DNA of 64,000 nucleotides from Chamaesiphon sp. (GCA_965246715.1 CBDFFH010000038.1:32001-96000), one strand, 5' to 3'; positions 41,121 through 51,686 are shown, counted from the stretch's first letter. The notes: generated by a model not told the origin, from the sequence alone. Program-made: numbers and translations.

Positions 41121-42338
41121 TCATGAATTGCCGCTACTCTGAATTTCAGATTTACAAAAAGTCTGGTAATCGAGCTGTACTTGTCGGGAATAATTGCGGG
41201 CATAGCCAAGAAGATCCTGTTGCCATGTTAAATTATGCCCATAATCGATGAGAGCGTCAGTAGTTGCCGCACCCAATTTACCGCTACCATGAAGATGAGC
41301 AGATGCAGTAACTCGGGCCATTGTGTCGATAAGTTGCTCTAATTGGGATACATCAAATTTACCAGGTTTCAAGGTGATTTTATCCTGCGTAGGTTGCAGC
41401 TCCCTTAATAAATAACTACTCCGATCGCATTCAATTGCGGCCATTAATGCTGGTGGTGCCGACTGAACTAATTGTTGAACGGTCATCACTCGCATCGCTT
41501 GGTTTGTCCAGACAGGTTGTTCGCTCAAATATGGTTGCAGTGCGGAAACTGGCTGTTGCTTAAAATCGAGTAAATAGTTACGATCGGGTGAACCTTTACC
41601 TGTGACTAAAATTAAGTACCGATCGAGTCCCAAACTTCCGGTACCAGCAACTCGAAATCCGATATCTAATACTTTAAAAAAATCTGAATTAGGTTGAGAA
41701 TGTGCCCATGTTTCGATTGATTTGCTCACTCGATCGAATTGCTGTGGAGAAATCTTTAATGTCTTGTTGAGATCGAATTTTAGTTGGCGGTGATTTTTAA
41801 TTAGCTTAGTACGTTCGTCGAGCAGATTGCGGCGGTTGCGCTGACGTAAATCCTTGAGTAATGACTCGACAATCCCATCGGCATTAGCTTCGGTAATCGT
41901 CCTAATTTTACCGAGAGCTAAAGTATTGACATAACTACTCAGATAGATGCGCGCCAATTTTCCAGCAGCAGCTAGATCGAGATTGAGAGCATCTGCGGCT
42001 AAGTAAATACTCGTGAGTAAGCGCGCGATATCCCAACTACAGGGAGCGAGTGAGCCTTCATCGAAATCATTAACCCCAAAATAAATCTGGCGGTCATCGC
42101 CCTTGTAGGTACCGAAATTTTCTAAATGTAAATCGCCACAGATCCACACAACTGGTGCTGGAAATGTCGTGAGTCGATCGGGTAAATCCTGGTAAAATAA
42201 ATGACAGGTACCTCTAAAGAATGCAAATGCACTCTTACTCAATTTTTCATATTTTTGAGGTAAGATCCTAACATCTCGACCTCGATCGAATGTTTGAATT
42301 AATTGCCAGACATCTCGCTCGATCGGGAGATCGTTCAT
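41121..42338 (-). CDS. DUF2252-family kinase-like protein
   Basis: FAFFRGT, CGDLHLENFG, NDFDE, GTGSLG. Confidence 0.9.
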   Translation of the reverse strand: MNDLPIERDVWQLIQTFDRGRDVRILPQKYEKLSKSAFAFFRGTCHLFYQDLPDRLTTFPAPVVWICGDLHLENFGTYKGDDRQIYFGVNDFDEGSLAPCSWDIARLLTSIYLAADALNLDLAAAGKLARIYLSSYVNTLALGKIRTITEANADGIVESLLKDLRQRNRRNLLDERTKLIKNHRQLKFDLNKTLKISPQQFDRVSKSIETWAHSQPNSDFFKVLDIGFRVAGTGSLGLDRYLILVTGKGSPDRNYLLDFKQQPVSALQPYLSEQPVWTNQAMRVMTVQQLVQSAPPALMAAIECDRSSYLLRELQPTQDKITLKPGKFDVSQLEQLIDTMARVTASAHLHGSGKLGAATTDALIDYGHNLTWQQDLLGYARNYSRQVQLDYQTFCKSEIQSSGNS

Positions 42339-42385
42339 AAAATTTGCTGTTATTTTAGATTTTAAAAACCACCGGCAGTTCGACT

Positions 42386-42976
42386 ATGCGCCTAATTGGA
42401 ATCACTGGTGGGATCGGTACGGGAAAAAGTACCGCTACTAACTATTTGCAAACGCGATATAACTTGCCAATTTGGGATGCGGACATTTATGCTCGATCGG
42501 CTGTAGCAGTCGGTTCGCCAATTTTACAGTCAATTAGTCAACGCTACGGTACGAATATCTTACAACCCGATGGCACCCTCGATCGGCGGCGCTTGGGAGC
42601 AATTGTCTTTAGCGATCCTACCGAACGTAACTGGCTAGAGCGCTACATTCATCCCTATGTCCGAACTTGCTTTGAAACTGAAATCAGTCATCTGGCATCA
42701 GCGGCTACCGCAGTATTGGCAATTCCCTTATTATTTGAAGCAAAAATGACCGATCTCGTTACCGAAATTTGGGTAGTTAGTTGCGATCGTGCTACTCAAT
42801 TAAACCGGATTGTAACTCGCGATCGCATTTCCGAGTCAGCAGCAATGGTCCGAATTGCCAGTCAAATGTCGCTTACTGATAAAATAGCTCAAGCAGATGT
42901 AAATTTAGATAACTCGACTACTGTAGCCGATCTAGAACGGCAAATCGACGATCGACTAAGCGGCAATATTACCTAA
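42386..42976 (+). CDS. coaE: Dephospho-CoA kinase
   Basis: GITGGIGTGKST, DAD, IHPYV, IPLLFE. Confidence 0.96.
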   Translation: MRLIGITGGIGTGKSTATNYLQTRYNLPIWDADIYARSAVAVGSPILQSISQRYGTNILQPDGTLDRRRLGAIVFSDPTERNWLERYIHPYVRTCFETEISHLASAATAVLAIPLLFEAKMTDLVTEIWVVSCDRATQLNRIVTRDRISESAAMVRIASQMSLTDKIAQADVNLDNSTTVADLERQIDDRLSGNIT

Positions 42977-42982
42977 GATCTT

Positions 42983-44662
42983 ATGCTCAAAAACTGGTTG
43001 ACGATCGGTTCGATCGCTTTTGGAGTCAGCTTTGCTTGTGTTTTACCGTTCAATCGCAATCTCACTCAATCTGCACTGATCGGTTTGGCGACTATTCCTG
43101 GCACATTTGCTGGGACAGCTACCAAATCTCGTCAACGCCGTCAGCAGCTCCACCGTCAGATCGCATCCGAAATATCGCGATTGCATGGGTTGCGAAAACA
43201 ATCAGAAACGCTCGCGCGACAGTTGCAACTTACCACAACAGAGCGTCAATCGATCGAAGCACGAGTACGCCAACTAAATACTTTAGCAGTTGACTTAACC
43301 GAGCGGATCGATCGAGATCGTCATTATCATACTCAGCTAGAGCAACAATTAGCGCTTACGACTATTTATACTCAAGAGCAAGACGGTATTGTCGAAAAGT
43401 TGGATTTACAAATATCAGATAAACGTGCTTCTTTATTAGAATTGGAAGGACAATTATCTGAAATTAAATTTCAGCTCAACTCCACAGAATTAGAGCTGAG
43501 TAAGAAACAGTCAAGATTAGAATATCTTGAAGCTGAATCGCTCGCAAAGACTAATGAAATTGCCGCCAGCGATCGCAGCTTGCAAGTAATTCGCGCAGAT
43601 ATCGCCGTGCATCAAGCAGAATTAACTAATTTAGAAGCTCAGCTTCATACTCATATCGATGAATTTGACGATCGCGAACTCGTTAATCTCAGATTGCAAC
43701 TAAACGCGATCGAATTAGCCTACAGTGAGAAACAGTCGATCTTAGCAGATTTAGAATCGCAAGTGCTTGCTAAAACCACCGAAATTGCATCAAACGATCG
43801 CAATTTACAAATAACTCAGGCTGAAATTATCGAGCGTCAGGCAGAACTAGCTAACTTAGAATCTCAGTTGCAAGTAAAAATTTCAGAAGCTAGCAAAATC
43901 GATCTAGATAACTTAAGAATGCAGCTAAATTCGCTGGAATCAGCATCGATCGCCAAGCAGACACAACTAGCATCTTTAGAGTCCCAACTATCAGTCAAAA
44001 ACACTGAATTTGAGTCGACAGAGCGCGATCTACAATTAGCTCAGGCGGAACTGATGACTCGTCAATCTGAATTAGCTAATTTAGAATCTCAGCTGAGATC
44101 GAAAATCGAAGAAGCTAATCAGATCGATATCGTAGCTTTACGATCGCAACTAAACTCGCTCGAATTACAATCTCGCGAACAGCAGGAAAGACTAGAAAGT
44201 TTAGAGTCTCAATCGCTCGCTAAAATTAACGAGATCGCCATCACCAATCGTAACTTAGAATTAACTCAATTAGAACTCGTCGATCGCCGATCGGAATTAG
44301 CCGAACTCGAGGCGAAGATTTATGCCAAACTCGAAGAGATGGATGATGTCGAGATCGATATCCAAATAGCGATGCAAAAAATCAAACCACAACCACCGCA
44401 GATATCGCGCAGTATTGACGGACTGCTCGGACAAGGTGAATGGCATCAGCAATTCATTGATAATCCGCATCTAGAGATTTTACAACATATCGAAAAACAC
44501 GGCGCGATCGCCGAAGCTGAAGTAAATCATAAACTAGGTAATCCGCGATCGGTCAGACAATTTGCCAATAAATTAGAAGAGTATACTCGATATTTACCAT
44601 TCACAATTAGAGTAGAATCATCACCCCAAGGAAATCGCTACTTGAGAGACTCACACAATTAA
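42983..44662 (+). CDS. Membrane-anchored coiled-coil repeat protein with a small globular C-terminal domain
   Basis: Two N-terminal hydrophobic segments, four 75-aa repeats, about 75-aa C-terminal wHTH-like domain. Confidence 0.85.
   Translation: MLKNWLTIGSIAFGVSFACVLPFNRNLTQSALIGLATIPGTFAGTATKSRQRRQQLHRQIASEISRLHGLRKQSETLARQLQLTTTERQSIEARVRQLNTLAVDLTERIDRDRHYHTQLEQQLALTTIYTQEQDGIVEKLDLQISDKRASLLELEGQLSEIKFQLNSTELELSKKQSRLEYLEAESLAKTNEIAASDRSLQVIRADIAVHQAELTNLEAQLHTHIDEFDDRELVNLRLQLNAIELAYSEKQSILADLESQVLAKTTEIASNDRNLQITQAEIIERQAELANLESQLQVKISEASKIDLDNLRMQLNSLESASIAKQTQLASLESQLSVKNTEFESTERDLQLAQAELMTRQSELANLESQLRSKIEEANQIDIVALRSQLNSLELQSREQQERLESLESQSLAKINEIAITNRNLELTQLELVDRRSELAELEAKIYAKLEEMDDVEIDIQIAMQKIKPQPPQISRSIDGLLGQGEWHQQFIDNPHLEILQHIEKHGAIAEAEVNHKLGNPRSVRQFANKLEEYTRYLPFTIRVESSPQGNRYLRDSHN
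43472..44350 (+). repeat. Four degenerate 225-nt (75-aa) intragenic repeats
   Basis: QLN-initiated units start at 43472, 43697, 43922 and 44147. Confidence 0.85.
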
Positions 44663-44780
44663 ATCGATCTCGATCGCTTTAAGCATCATTTATCACAACC
44701 ACTTCCCAAAAACAATTTCTGCCGATCGAATATCAAGCTACAATCATCACACACTATCAACTCATCATTCCTAATTTCCG

Positions 44781-46097
44781 ATGACAATTAACCCCAAAGA
44801 TATCGAGCATATATTCGAGCGATTGCGATCGGGTGTAGTGCCAGAGCGCGGACTAGAAGCATTTGCTGTTGGTATCGATCGATCTCGTGCCGAAATCCAA
44901 CGCCAACTCGACTTAGCTGGTAATAACGAAGGTGTCTTCAAATTCCTCCGTGGTGGGTATGGTTGTGGTAAAACTTTTATGGCGCGATTGGCGCTATTAG
45001 ATGCACGCGAACGGGGATTTGCGACGAGTTTCGTGGTGGTTTCGGATAACGATTTACACTTCCATCGATTCGATGATGTCTACCGCAAAGTCGTCCAAGA
45101 ATTAGGTACCGATCGGTGCGATCGCGGAGCATTAGGCTTTATTATCGATAAATGGATCGCCCGCGTCGAAGATGCCACCATCGACGGCGGAGCCAATCCC
45201 GACGAGCCAAATTTTGATGCGCTAATCCAAGAGCGGATCGAACAAGATTTAGCCTCGATGACTGGGGGTAAAGCACCCGAAGATATGGCACGGGTATTGC
45301 GATCGATCTTTGCGCTCAAACAGCAAAATGATATCCCTCAAGCCAGCGCATTGCTCTCCTGGCTATCGGGGAGTGAAAATGTCGATGCCGCCTCTAAAAG
45401 AATCGCCGGGATTAAGGGCGATATCGGCTCTAAAGAGGCGATGGACTATCTTCAGGGCATTTTAGCCATTACCAAAGCAGCAGGCTACAAAGGGCTGGTA
45501 ATCGTCATCGATGAAGCCGAAACGATGTTGCGAATGCGCCAAGATATCCGCGCCAAATCGCTCAATGGCATTCGCCAAATTTGCGATGCAGCCGATCGCT
45601 ATCCTGGTTTATTCTGGATCTTTACAGGTACGCCAGAATTTTTCGATACCAATCGCGGTGTCGCTGGTTTATCGCCCTTACACGATCGATTGAAACTAAT
45701 TAAAACGGGCAATTTTACCAATCCTCGCCAACCCCAATTAGTCTTAACACCTTTCGATGCCGAACGATTAAAAGATGTTGCACTCAAACTCAGAGACTTG
45801 TATCCTGGTGGCGAGCGCAAACAATTGAAGAAAAAAGTTACGCCCGAATTTATCAATCTATTAGTCGCAAAAGTCACTCAAGGTTTTGGCGGAGATGTAG
45901 GCATCGTCCCCCGTCAATTTCTGCGTCAATTAGTAAATATTCTCGATTTAGTCGCCACCGAGCCAGAGTTCGATCCAATGACTGATGGTGGTTATGATTT
46001 TACCGAACTCAATTCTGAAGAAGCCAGAATTCGCGATGGTTTACCCTATTTCGATAATGAACCTGCCGATGAAGAGCAATATGCCGTAACATTTTAG
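44781..46097 (+). CDS. brxD: BrxD/DUF2791-type P-loop ATPase
   Basis: LRSGVVPERGL..AVG, Walker A GGYGCGKT, Walker B VIVIDEAE, GTPEFF, PRQFLR. Confidence 0.85.
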   Translation: MTINPKDIEHIFERLRSGVVPERGLEAFAVGIDRSRAEIQRQLDLAGNNEGVFKFLRGGYGCGKTFMARLALLDARERGFATSFVVVSDNDLHFHRFDDVYRKVVQELGTDRCDRGALGFIIDKWIARVEDATIDGGANPDEPNFDALIQERIEQDLASMTGGKAPEDMARVLRSIFALKQQNDIPQASALLSWLSGSENVDAASKRIAGIKGDIGSKEAMDYLQGILAITKAAGYKGLVIVIDEAETMLRMRQDIRAKSLNGIRQICDAADRYPGLFWIFTGTPEFFDTNRGVAGLSPLHDRLKLIKTGNFTNPRQPQLVLTPFDAERLKDVALKLRDLYPGGERKQLKKKVTPEFINLLVAKVTQGFGGDVGIVPRQFLRQLVNILDLVATEPEFDPMTDGGYDFTELNSEEARIRDGLPYFDNEPADEEQYAVTF

Positions 46098-46134
46098 AAA
46101 TTATGAAAATTTTGTTCGATATTTTTTGGTTCTT

Positions 46135-46252
46135 AACGTGAGTTCGGGTTAAAGATATTTGCTGCGCTCTAGTACCGCCAACGATTGAAATCGTGGCTAG
46201 TAAAGCAAAGTCCGGTTGTTGCCGCGAGCGACAAAAGCCTGCCTTCGCGGAC
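46135..46252. mobile_element. One-ended MITE remnant (family B TIR with family A-type cargo)
   Basis: AACGTGAGTTCGGGTTAA matches the TIR of 60999-61235, followed by CGATTGAAATCGTGGCTA and GCAAAGTCCGGTTGTTGCCGCGAGCG. Confidence 0.7.
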
Positions 46253-46383
46253 AAGCTCCAGTACTAAAGTTTAGACTAAATCAAAAATCACGCTGTCAGT
46301 AGTGCCTTCGATCGGTTAATTTCTGGTTGTCGAAATCAGATCGCATTCGATCGTCAGATAATACAATCGGAGATCGCACGTTT

Positions 46384-47499
46384 CTACGCCCGACGTTCGG
46401 AGCGATAAAATGGTTTCTTGACAACGATAGCTGGGTGAAGTTTGCCCCGAATTTCGACTTCGACTACTTGCCCTGATTTAGCAAATTCAGTTGGGACATA
46501 AGCTAAGGCGATCGCCTGTCCGAGCGTTGGCGACATCGTACCGCTAGTGACGATCCCAACCCGCTGGTTGTCGATGATTACCGGATAGTCATGCCGAGCG
46601 ATGTATCGTCCCTGCATGTTCAACCCGACTAATTTACGCGTGACACCACGATTTTTTTGACCGATCAGCAAGTCGCGCCCGATAAAATCGCCCTTAGTAT
46701 CTAGATGTACCACCCAACCTAAGCCAGCTTCTAACGGCGTTGTGGTATCGCTAATATCTTGACCGTACAAACACATCGCTGCCTCCAACCGCAGGGTGTC
46801 GCGCGCCCCCAATCCGCAAGGGAGGACACCAGCGGCGCAGAGTGCATCCCAAAGTTGGGGCGCAATTGCGGCGGGTACCATCACTTCAAATCCATCTTCA
46901 CCAGTGTAGCCAGTGCGAGCGATAAAGGCCGGATTGTCAAAAACAACCGCATTGGCATGGCCGAAATTTGCCAATTGACTGAGATCGATATCCACTAGTG
47001 GCTGAAGATGCTGGAGTGTTTCCGGGCCTTGGATGGCGATTAGCGCTTGTGTTGCGGAGAGATCTTGAAACTCGACCCGATCGAGATCTAGATGCGCCAA
47101 CAACCACTCTTTGTCCTTATCCTTCGTCCCAGCATTGACAATAACGACGACATTACCCGCGCCTTGCTGATAAACGATAATGTCATCGATGATACCTGCT
47201 TGCGGATTTAATAGCACTGTATACTGAGCTTGTCCGGGTTGGAGGCGGCTCAAATCGGACGGAACTAACTTTTGGAGTTGGGAGATCGCTGCTTCGCCAT
47301 GCAGGGTAAACTTACCCATATGGGAGATATCAAACATCCCCACCCGATCGCGAATTGCTTCATGTTCTGGGGTAAGTCCGCTAAACTGGACTGGCATTTC
47401 CCAGCCCGAAAAAGTAGTCATTCTCGCTCCCAAGGCGATCGCCCGATCGTACAACGGAGTGCGTAATAATATTGGAGTAGCAGAGTCTGCTGAAGTCAT
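46384..47499 (-). CDS. gcvT: Glycine cleavage system aminomethyltransferase T
   Basis: [36 protein letters not shown]. Confidence 0.97.
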   Translation of the reverse strand: MTSADSATPILLRTPLYDRAIALGARMTTFSGWEMPVQFSGLTPEHEAIRDRVGMFDISHMGKFTLHGEAAISQLQKLVPSDLSRLQPGQAQYTVLLNPQAGIIDDIIVYQQGAGNVVVIVNAGTKDKDKEWLLAHLDLDRVEFQDLSATQALIAIQGPETLQHLQPLVDIDLSQLANFGHANAVVFDNPAFIARTGYTGEDGFEVMVPAAIAPQLWDALCAAGVLPCGLGARDTLRLEAAMCLYGQDISDTTTPLEAGLGWVVHLDTKGDFIGRDLLIGQKNRGVTRKLVGLNMQGRYIARHDYPVIIDNQRVGIVTSGTMSPTLGQAIALAYVPTEFAKSGQVVEVEIRGKLHPAIVVKKPFYRSERRA

Positions 47500-47667
47500 A
47501 GGATTTTGGATAGTGGATTCAATACAGCGACTCGCTCTGTGGCTTAGTCAACTAATAGGAATTATATTGGCGATCGAGTATTTAGGATTGGATATATTCG
47601 CCCGATCGCGGCAATCTCTCTAGATAATGCCTCATCCCGGACACCGCGCACTTCAACCCCTACTGCC

Positions 47668-47877
47668 ATGAATAGTGAAGAATTAGCAAAATACATCGAG
47701 CAAACAGATGGAATGGGTAAATCGTGGTTATTAGTACAGCTACGATTGCAAAAACTAGCCGAACAGAAGTCCCAGCTATCGCGTGAGGAATATATCGAGC
47801 GACTAGATGATATCCACCGCGACATGATGCAGCTTGGGGAATGGTGGTTGGGCATCGAATCAGACGTGTTTCAGTAG
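47668..47877 (+). CDS. Conserved cyanobacterial small hypothetical protein
   Basis: WLLVQLRLQKL...LGEWWLGIESDVF. Confidence 0.8.
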   Translation: MNSEELAKYIEQTDGMGKSWLLVQLRLQKLAEQKSQLSREEYIERLDDIHRDMMQLGEWWLGIESDVFQ

Positions 47878-48006
47878 CGATCGGGGAGAATAAGGATTTG
47901 TGAATAAAGATGGGAGCAAGCGAAATTTATAACTGATAATTCATGATTTTAGAGACATTTGGTGTCAATTCATAATTTATAATTCACAACTCATAATTTA
48001 TTAAAG

Positions 48007-50187
48007 ATGGTTTCTTCTAAACATACAGCTTCCAATTCATCAGATATCGATCTGTCTGCACCACAATATTATCTAAGTCGCGAACTGACTTGGTTGGAAT
48101 TCAACGCTCGCGTATTGCACGAAGCGATGGACGAGCGCACGCCACTACTCGAACGGCTGAAATTTATGGGAATTTTCAGCTCGAATCTCGATGAATTTTT
48201 TATGGTACGAATTGCCGCGATCGGCCAACAAATCGAGGCCAAAGTCAGCAAACTCACCCCAGATGGACGGACTCCACAAGAACAATTAGCAGTAGCTAGC
48301 GATCGAGTCCAAAAGTTAGTTACGCAGCAACACCAACATTTTGAGACAGTATTGCGTCCGGCAATGACAAAACAGGGAATTTATCTATTAGATTACTTCG
48401 ATCTCAATCAAGAGCAGCGCAACTATCTCCAAACCTATTTTGAAGAGCAAATTTTCCCCGTTCTCACTCCATTAGCTGTCGATCCCGGACATCCATTTCC
48501 ATACATTTCCAATCTAAGTTTAAATCTAGCTGTCGTTATCAAACATCCCGAGACAGGAGAAGGGCTATTTGCCCGAGTCAAGGTACCTAAAGTTTTGCCA
48601 CGTTTTATCGAACTCCCGAACAGCTTGCCATCGGCGACGGCAATCGAACTGCAAGCGATCGATCGCGAAAATTCCTTGCAAGGTGAAGCAAATTCGCCAC
48701 AAATTTGGACGGGAATTCCCTTGGAACAATTAATCGCGCACAATTTAGAGTCCCTCTTTCCAGGGATGAATATCCAAGATTGTTTCACTTTTAGAGTGAC
48801 GCGTAATGCGGATATTAGTGTTGCGGAAGATGATGCTGACGATCTACTCTTAGCGATCGAACATGGCTTGCGAAAGCGTCGCAAAGGTGGATCGACAGTG
48901 CGGATCGAAGTAGACGCGACGATGCCCAGTCAGATCCGTCAAATGCTCCAGGAGGAATTGGAAGTCACCGCTCAAGATATTTATGAAGTCAATGGCATGT
49001 TGAGTTTGGGAGATCTGATGTCTTTTTTATCACTACCCATACCTGAATTAAAAGATTCGCCGTGGACACCGATCGTCCCAGCATATTTCAAGCGATTGAA
49101 AGTAACTGATGATGGCAGTAACCTCTTCAATTTAATCGCCAAACGCGATTTATTAGTCCATCATCCTTATCAGTCTTTTTCCGATACGGTCGAACGCTTT
49201 ATTACCTGTGCGGCTAATGATGCTAAGGTCTTGGCGATTAAGATGACCCTGTACCGCACGACGGGAGATTCAATTATTCTCAAATCATTAATTAAAGCTG
49301 CTGAGAATGGCAAACAAGTCTCGGTATTAATCGAACTCAAAGCAAGATTTGACGAGCAAAACAATATTAACTTAGCGCGGAAATTAGAACAAGCCGGAGT
49401 GCATGTCGTCTATGGTTTAGTCGGTCTCAAAACACACACTAAAGTAGTATTAGTCATCCGCCGCGAAGATGAAAAAATTCGTCGCTACGTTCATATCGGG
49501 ACGGGTAACTATAATGCCAAAACATCCAAACTATATACCGATGTCGGGATTTTTAGCGCGCGCCCCGAACTCGGAGCAGATCTGACAGATTTATTCAACT
49601 ATCTGACTGGTTATTCGCAACAACGCGCCTATCGCAAATTAATTGTTTCACCTGTAAATGTGCGCGAATCTTTCGATCGATTGATCCAACAAGAAATCGA
49701 TCTCGCGCGCTCGGGGGGTACTGGCAGAATCGTCGCTAAAATGAATGCCTTAGTAGATTCCCATACGATCGTCAGTCTCTATCGCGCCTCTCAAGCTGGT
49801 GTATCGATCGATTTGATCGTGCGCGGCATGTGCTGCCTGCGTCCCGGTGTACCTGGCGTGAGCGAGAATATCCGCGTCATCAGCATCATCGGTCGATTTT
49901 TAGAGCATTCACGTATTTATTATTTCCATAATGGCGGCGACGAAAAAATCTTCATCGGTAGTGCCGATTGGATGACCAGAAATCTCGATCGGCGAGTTGA
50001 AGTGATTGCCCCGATCGAAGATCGTGACATCTCGAAAGATCTCCAAGAAATTCTCGGCATTATGTTAGCCGATACGCGTCAGGCTTGGGATATGCAACCC
50101 GATGGCACTTATCTTCAACGTCGTCCCCGCACCCGCGATGAAGATCAAAGTACCCAGCAAATCCTGATGGAAATGGCAAGCCAATAG
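48007..50187 (+). CDS. ppk1: Polyphosphate kinase 1
   Basis: SNLDEFFMVR, HHPY, ELKARFDE, KTHTK, GSADWMTRNL. Confidence 0.97.
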   Translation: MVSSKHTASNSSDIDLSAPQYYLSRELTWLEFNARVLHEAMDERTPLLERLKFMGIFSSNLDEFFMVRIAAIGQQIEAKVSKLTPDGRTPQEQLAVASDRVQKLVTQQHQHFETVLRPAMTKQGIYLLDYFDLNQEQRNYLQTYFEEQIFPVLTPLAVDPGHPFPYISNLSLNLAVVIKHPETGEGLFARVKVPKVLPRFIELPNSLPSATAIELQAIDRENSLQGEANSPQIWTGIPLEQLIAHNLESLFPGMNIQDCFTFRVTRNADISVAEDDADDLLLAIEHGLRKRRKGGSTVRIEVDATMPSQIRQMLQEELEVTAQDIYEVNGMLSLGDLMSFLSLPIPELKDSPWTPIVPAYFKRLKVTDDGSNLFNLIAKRDLLVHHPYQSFSDTVERFITCAANDAKVLAIKMTLYRTTGDSIILKSLIKAAENGKQVSVLIELKARFDEQNNINLARKLEQAGVHVVYGLVGLKTHTKVVLVIRREDEKIRRYVHIGTGNYNAKTSKLYTDVGIFSARPELGADLTDLFNYLTGYSQQRAYRKLIVSPVNVRESFDRLIQQEIDLARSGGTGRIVAKMNALVDSHTIVSLYRASQAGVSIDLIVRGMCCLRPGVPGVSENIRVISIIGRFLEHSRIYYFHNGGDEKIFIGSADWMTRNLDRRVEVIAPIEDRDISKDLQEILGIMLADTRQAWDMQPDGTYLQRRPRTRDEDQSTQQILMEMASQ

Positions 50188-50216
50188 CTTGTTAGGCTTT
50201 AGGCGATTAGTCGATC

Positions 50217-50253
50217 GAACATCCCCGACTTCTCCAAGAAGTCGGGGATGTTC
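50217..50253. terminator. Perfect 17-bp hairpin between convergent genes
   Basis: GAACATCCCCGACTTCT-cca-AGAAGTCGGGGATGTTC. Confidence 0.7.
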
Positions 50254-50255
50254 TG

Positions 50256-50975
50256 CTAGCAACTAGATTGGAGCGATCGCGCTTCGAGCAACCCCGATAA
50301 CCGATCGATCGTCATCCCCGCCAGGTCTGGCACGACTAGATCCGCAGCACTAAAATCCTGGTCGGCAGTTGTCGCACCAGGTGTCGCGATCGTGATAATC
50401 CCAGCAGCTTTGGCGGCGGCGAGGCTGGCGGGAGTATCTTCGAGCGCGATAACTTCATCAGCTTTGAGATTTAACCGATCGAGGCAGTAGAGATAAGCAT
50501 CTGGTGCTGGCTTGGGTCGATCGATCTTGTCGATTGTCACGATCGTCGCAAATCGATCTAGCGATAATAAGCCATCCAATGCCGCACCGATGGCCGCCAC
50601 GTTCTCGGGATAAGTTGACGTACAAAATGCCATCCGGATGTGCGCGTCCGCGCAGGCATCCATCAACGCGACAACACCCGGACGCGGAACGATCTGGGTG
50701 TCGTCGAGCATAGCGGCATAAAAATCGGTCTTGGCTTTGTGCAACTTCGCAATCTTTGCCTCCGGAACTGCCGTGCGCGCTGGGTCGGCATTCCGATATG
50801 CCAGGATGCGATTTTGACCGCCATTGATTTTAAGCAATGTCCGATAGGTGTCGGGACTCCAGTTCCAGTCGAGTCCTGCCGATCGGAAGGCTGCGTTGAA
50901 GGCTTGGCGCTGGATGTCGGATGTTTCGACGATCGTACCGATCGCTCCAAATATTACTGCTTGTAGTCGCTCCAT
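50256..50975 (-). CDS. HAD-IA/CbbY-like hydrolase homologue
   Basis: QRQAFNAAF, KPAPDAY, ALED; motif I reads FGAIGT rather than FDxDGT. Confidence 0.85.
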   Translation of the reverse strand: MERLQAVIFGAIGTIVETSDIQRQAFNAAFRSAGLDWNWSPDTYRTLLKINGGQNRILAYRNADPARTAVPEAKIAKLHKAKTDFYAAMLDDTQIVPRPGVVALMDACADAHIRMAFCTSTYPENVAAIGAALDGLLSLDRFATIVTIDKIDRPKPAPDAYLYCLDRLNLKADEVIALEDTPASLAAAKAAGIITIATPGATTADQDFSAADLVVPDLAGMTIDRLSGLLEARSLQSSC

Positions 50976-51088
50976 AATGTTATTGATGTAGGTCAGATTC
51001 TTGGCAAGTAGGGGTTAAAAGGATCGGAGTTGGGGTATAACCAACCGAACGCCTTCAGCTAGCGATCTCGATCGCACCTTAGCTAAAA

Positions 51089-51457
51089 TTATTTATTAGC
51101 ATTAACCTCATCGCTCAACTCATTCCCACTATTTTTTGCTACGTCAGGATACATCGAACCAAATTCTTTAACTGCATCTGCCGATTGCTCGCCAATTCTT
51201 TTGAGGCGTTCGCCCGGTTTGCCTTTGACTTCGCGCGCCTGTTTTTGCCATTCTGCTGTCGTTTTCGGTCGATCGGGGTTTTCCTGCTCCATTTTGCGCT
51301 CTAGCCGATCGATCGCACCTTTGCTGGCGAGATCCGGAACGACGTTGGTTGTTAGCAGCACAAATCCGACTAAGAGCGCGGGTAAAAACTGCTTGACGTG
51401 TAATTTGTTAAGTAGAGAGCCGATCTGCGTAAATGCCCCATGAATCAAACTTAGCAT
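51089..51457 (-). CDS. Conserved cyanobacterial hypothetical protein (TM segment + hydrophilic tail)
   Basis: DRPKTTAEWQKQAREVKGKPGERLKRIGEQSADAVKEFG; ATG at 51484 is an alternative start. Confidence 0.75.
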   Translation of the reverse strand: MLSLIHGAFTQIGSLLNKLHVKQFLPALLVGFVLLTTNVVPDLASKGAIDRLERKMEQENPDRPKTTAEWQKQAREVKGKPGERLKRIGEQSADAVKEFGSMYPDVAKNSGNELSDEVNANK

Positions 51458-51686
51458 AATAATTTCCTCAAATAGAAGCTTCATCTAGATCGCAGTATTA
51501 AGCATTACTTAATACAACTCGATGATAACTATAAAAATCTTGCCGGATACTCTATCAAAAGGGATAAATCAGGATTCGATCTGACTTTAAAACCGCAATA
51601 TTTGCTGCTAGCAAATCGATTTTCACTGCGATTACAACCGCGATCCAGTAGCGATGCTGAGGTTAGGGGCATTCTGGACACTCTGA

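Noticed and set aside
48655..48700. Possible small repeat insertion in ppk1 (CCTTGCAAGG)
   Set aside because: Lies in a variable loop, has no second copy in the window, and the boundaries cannot be defined.
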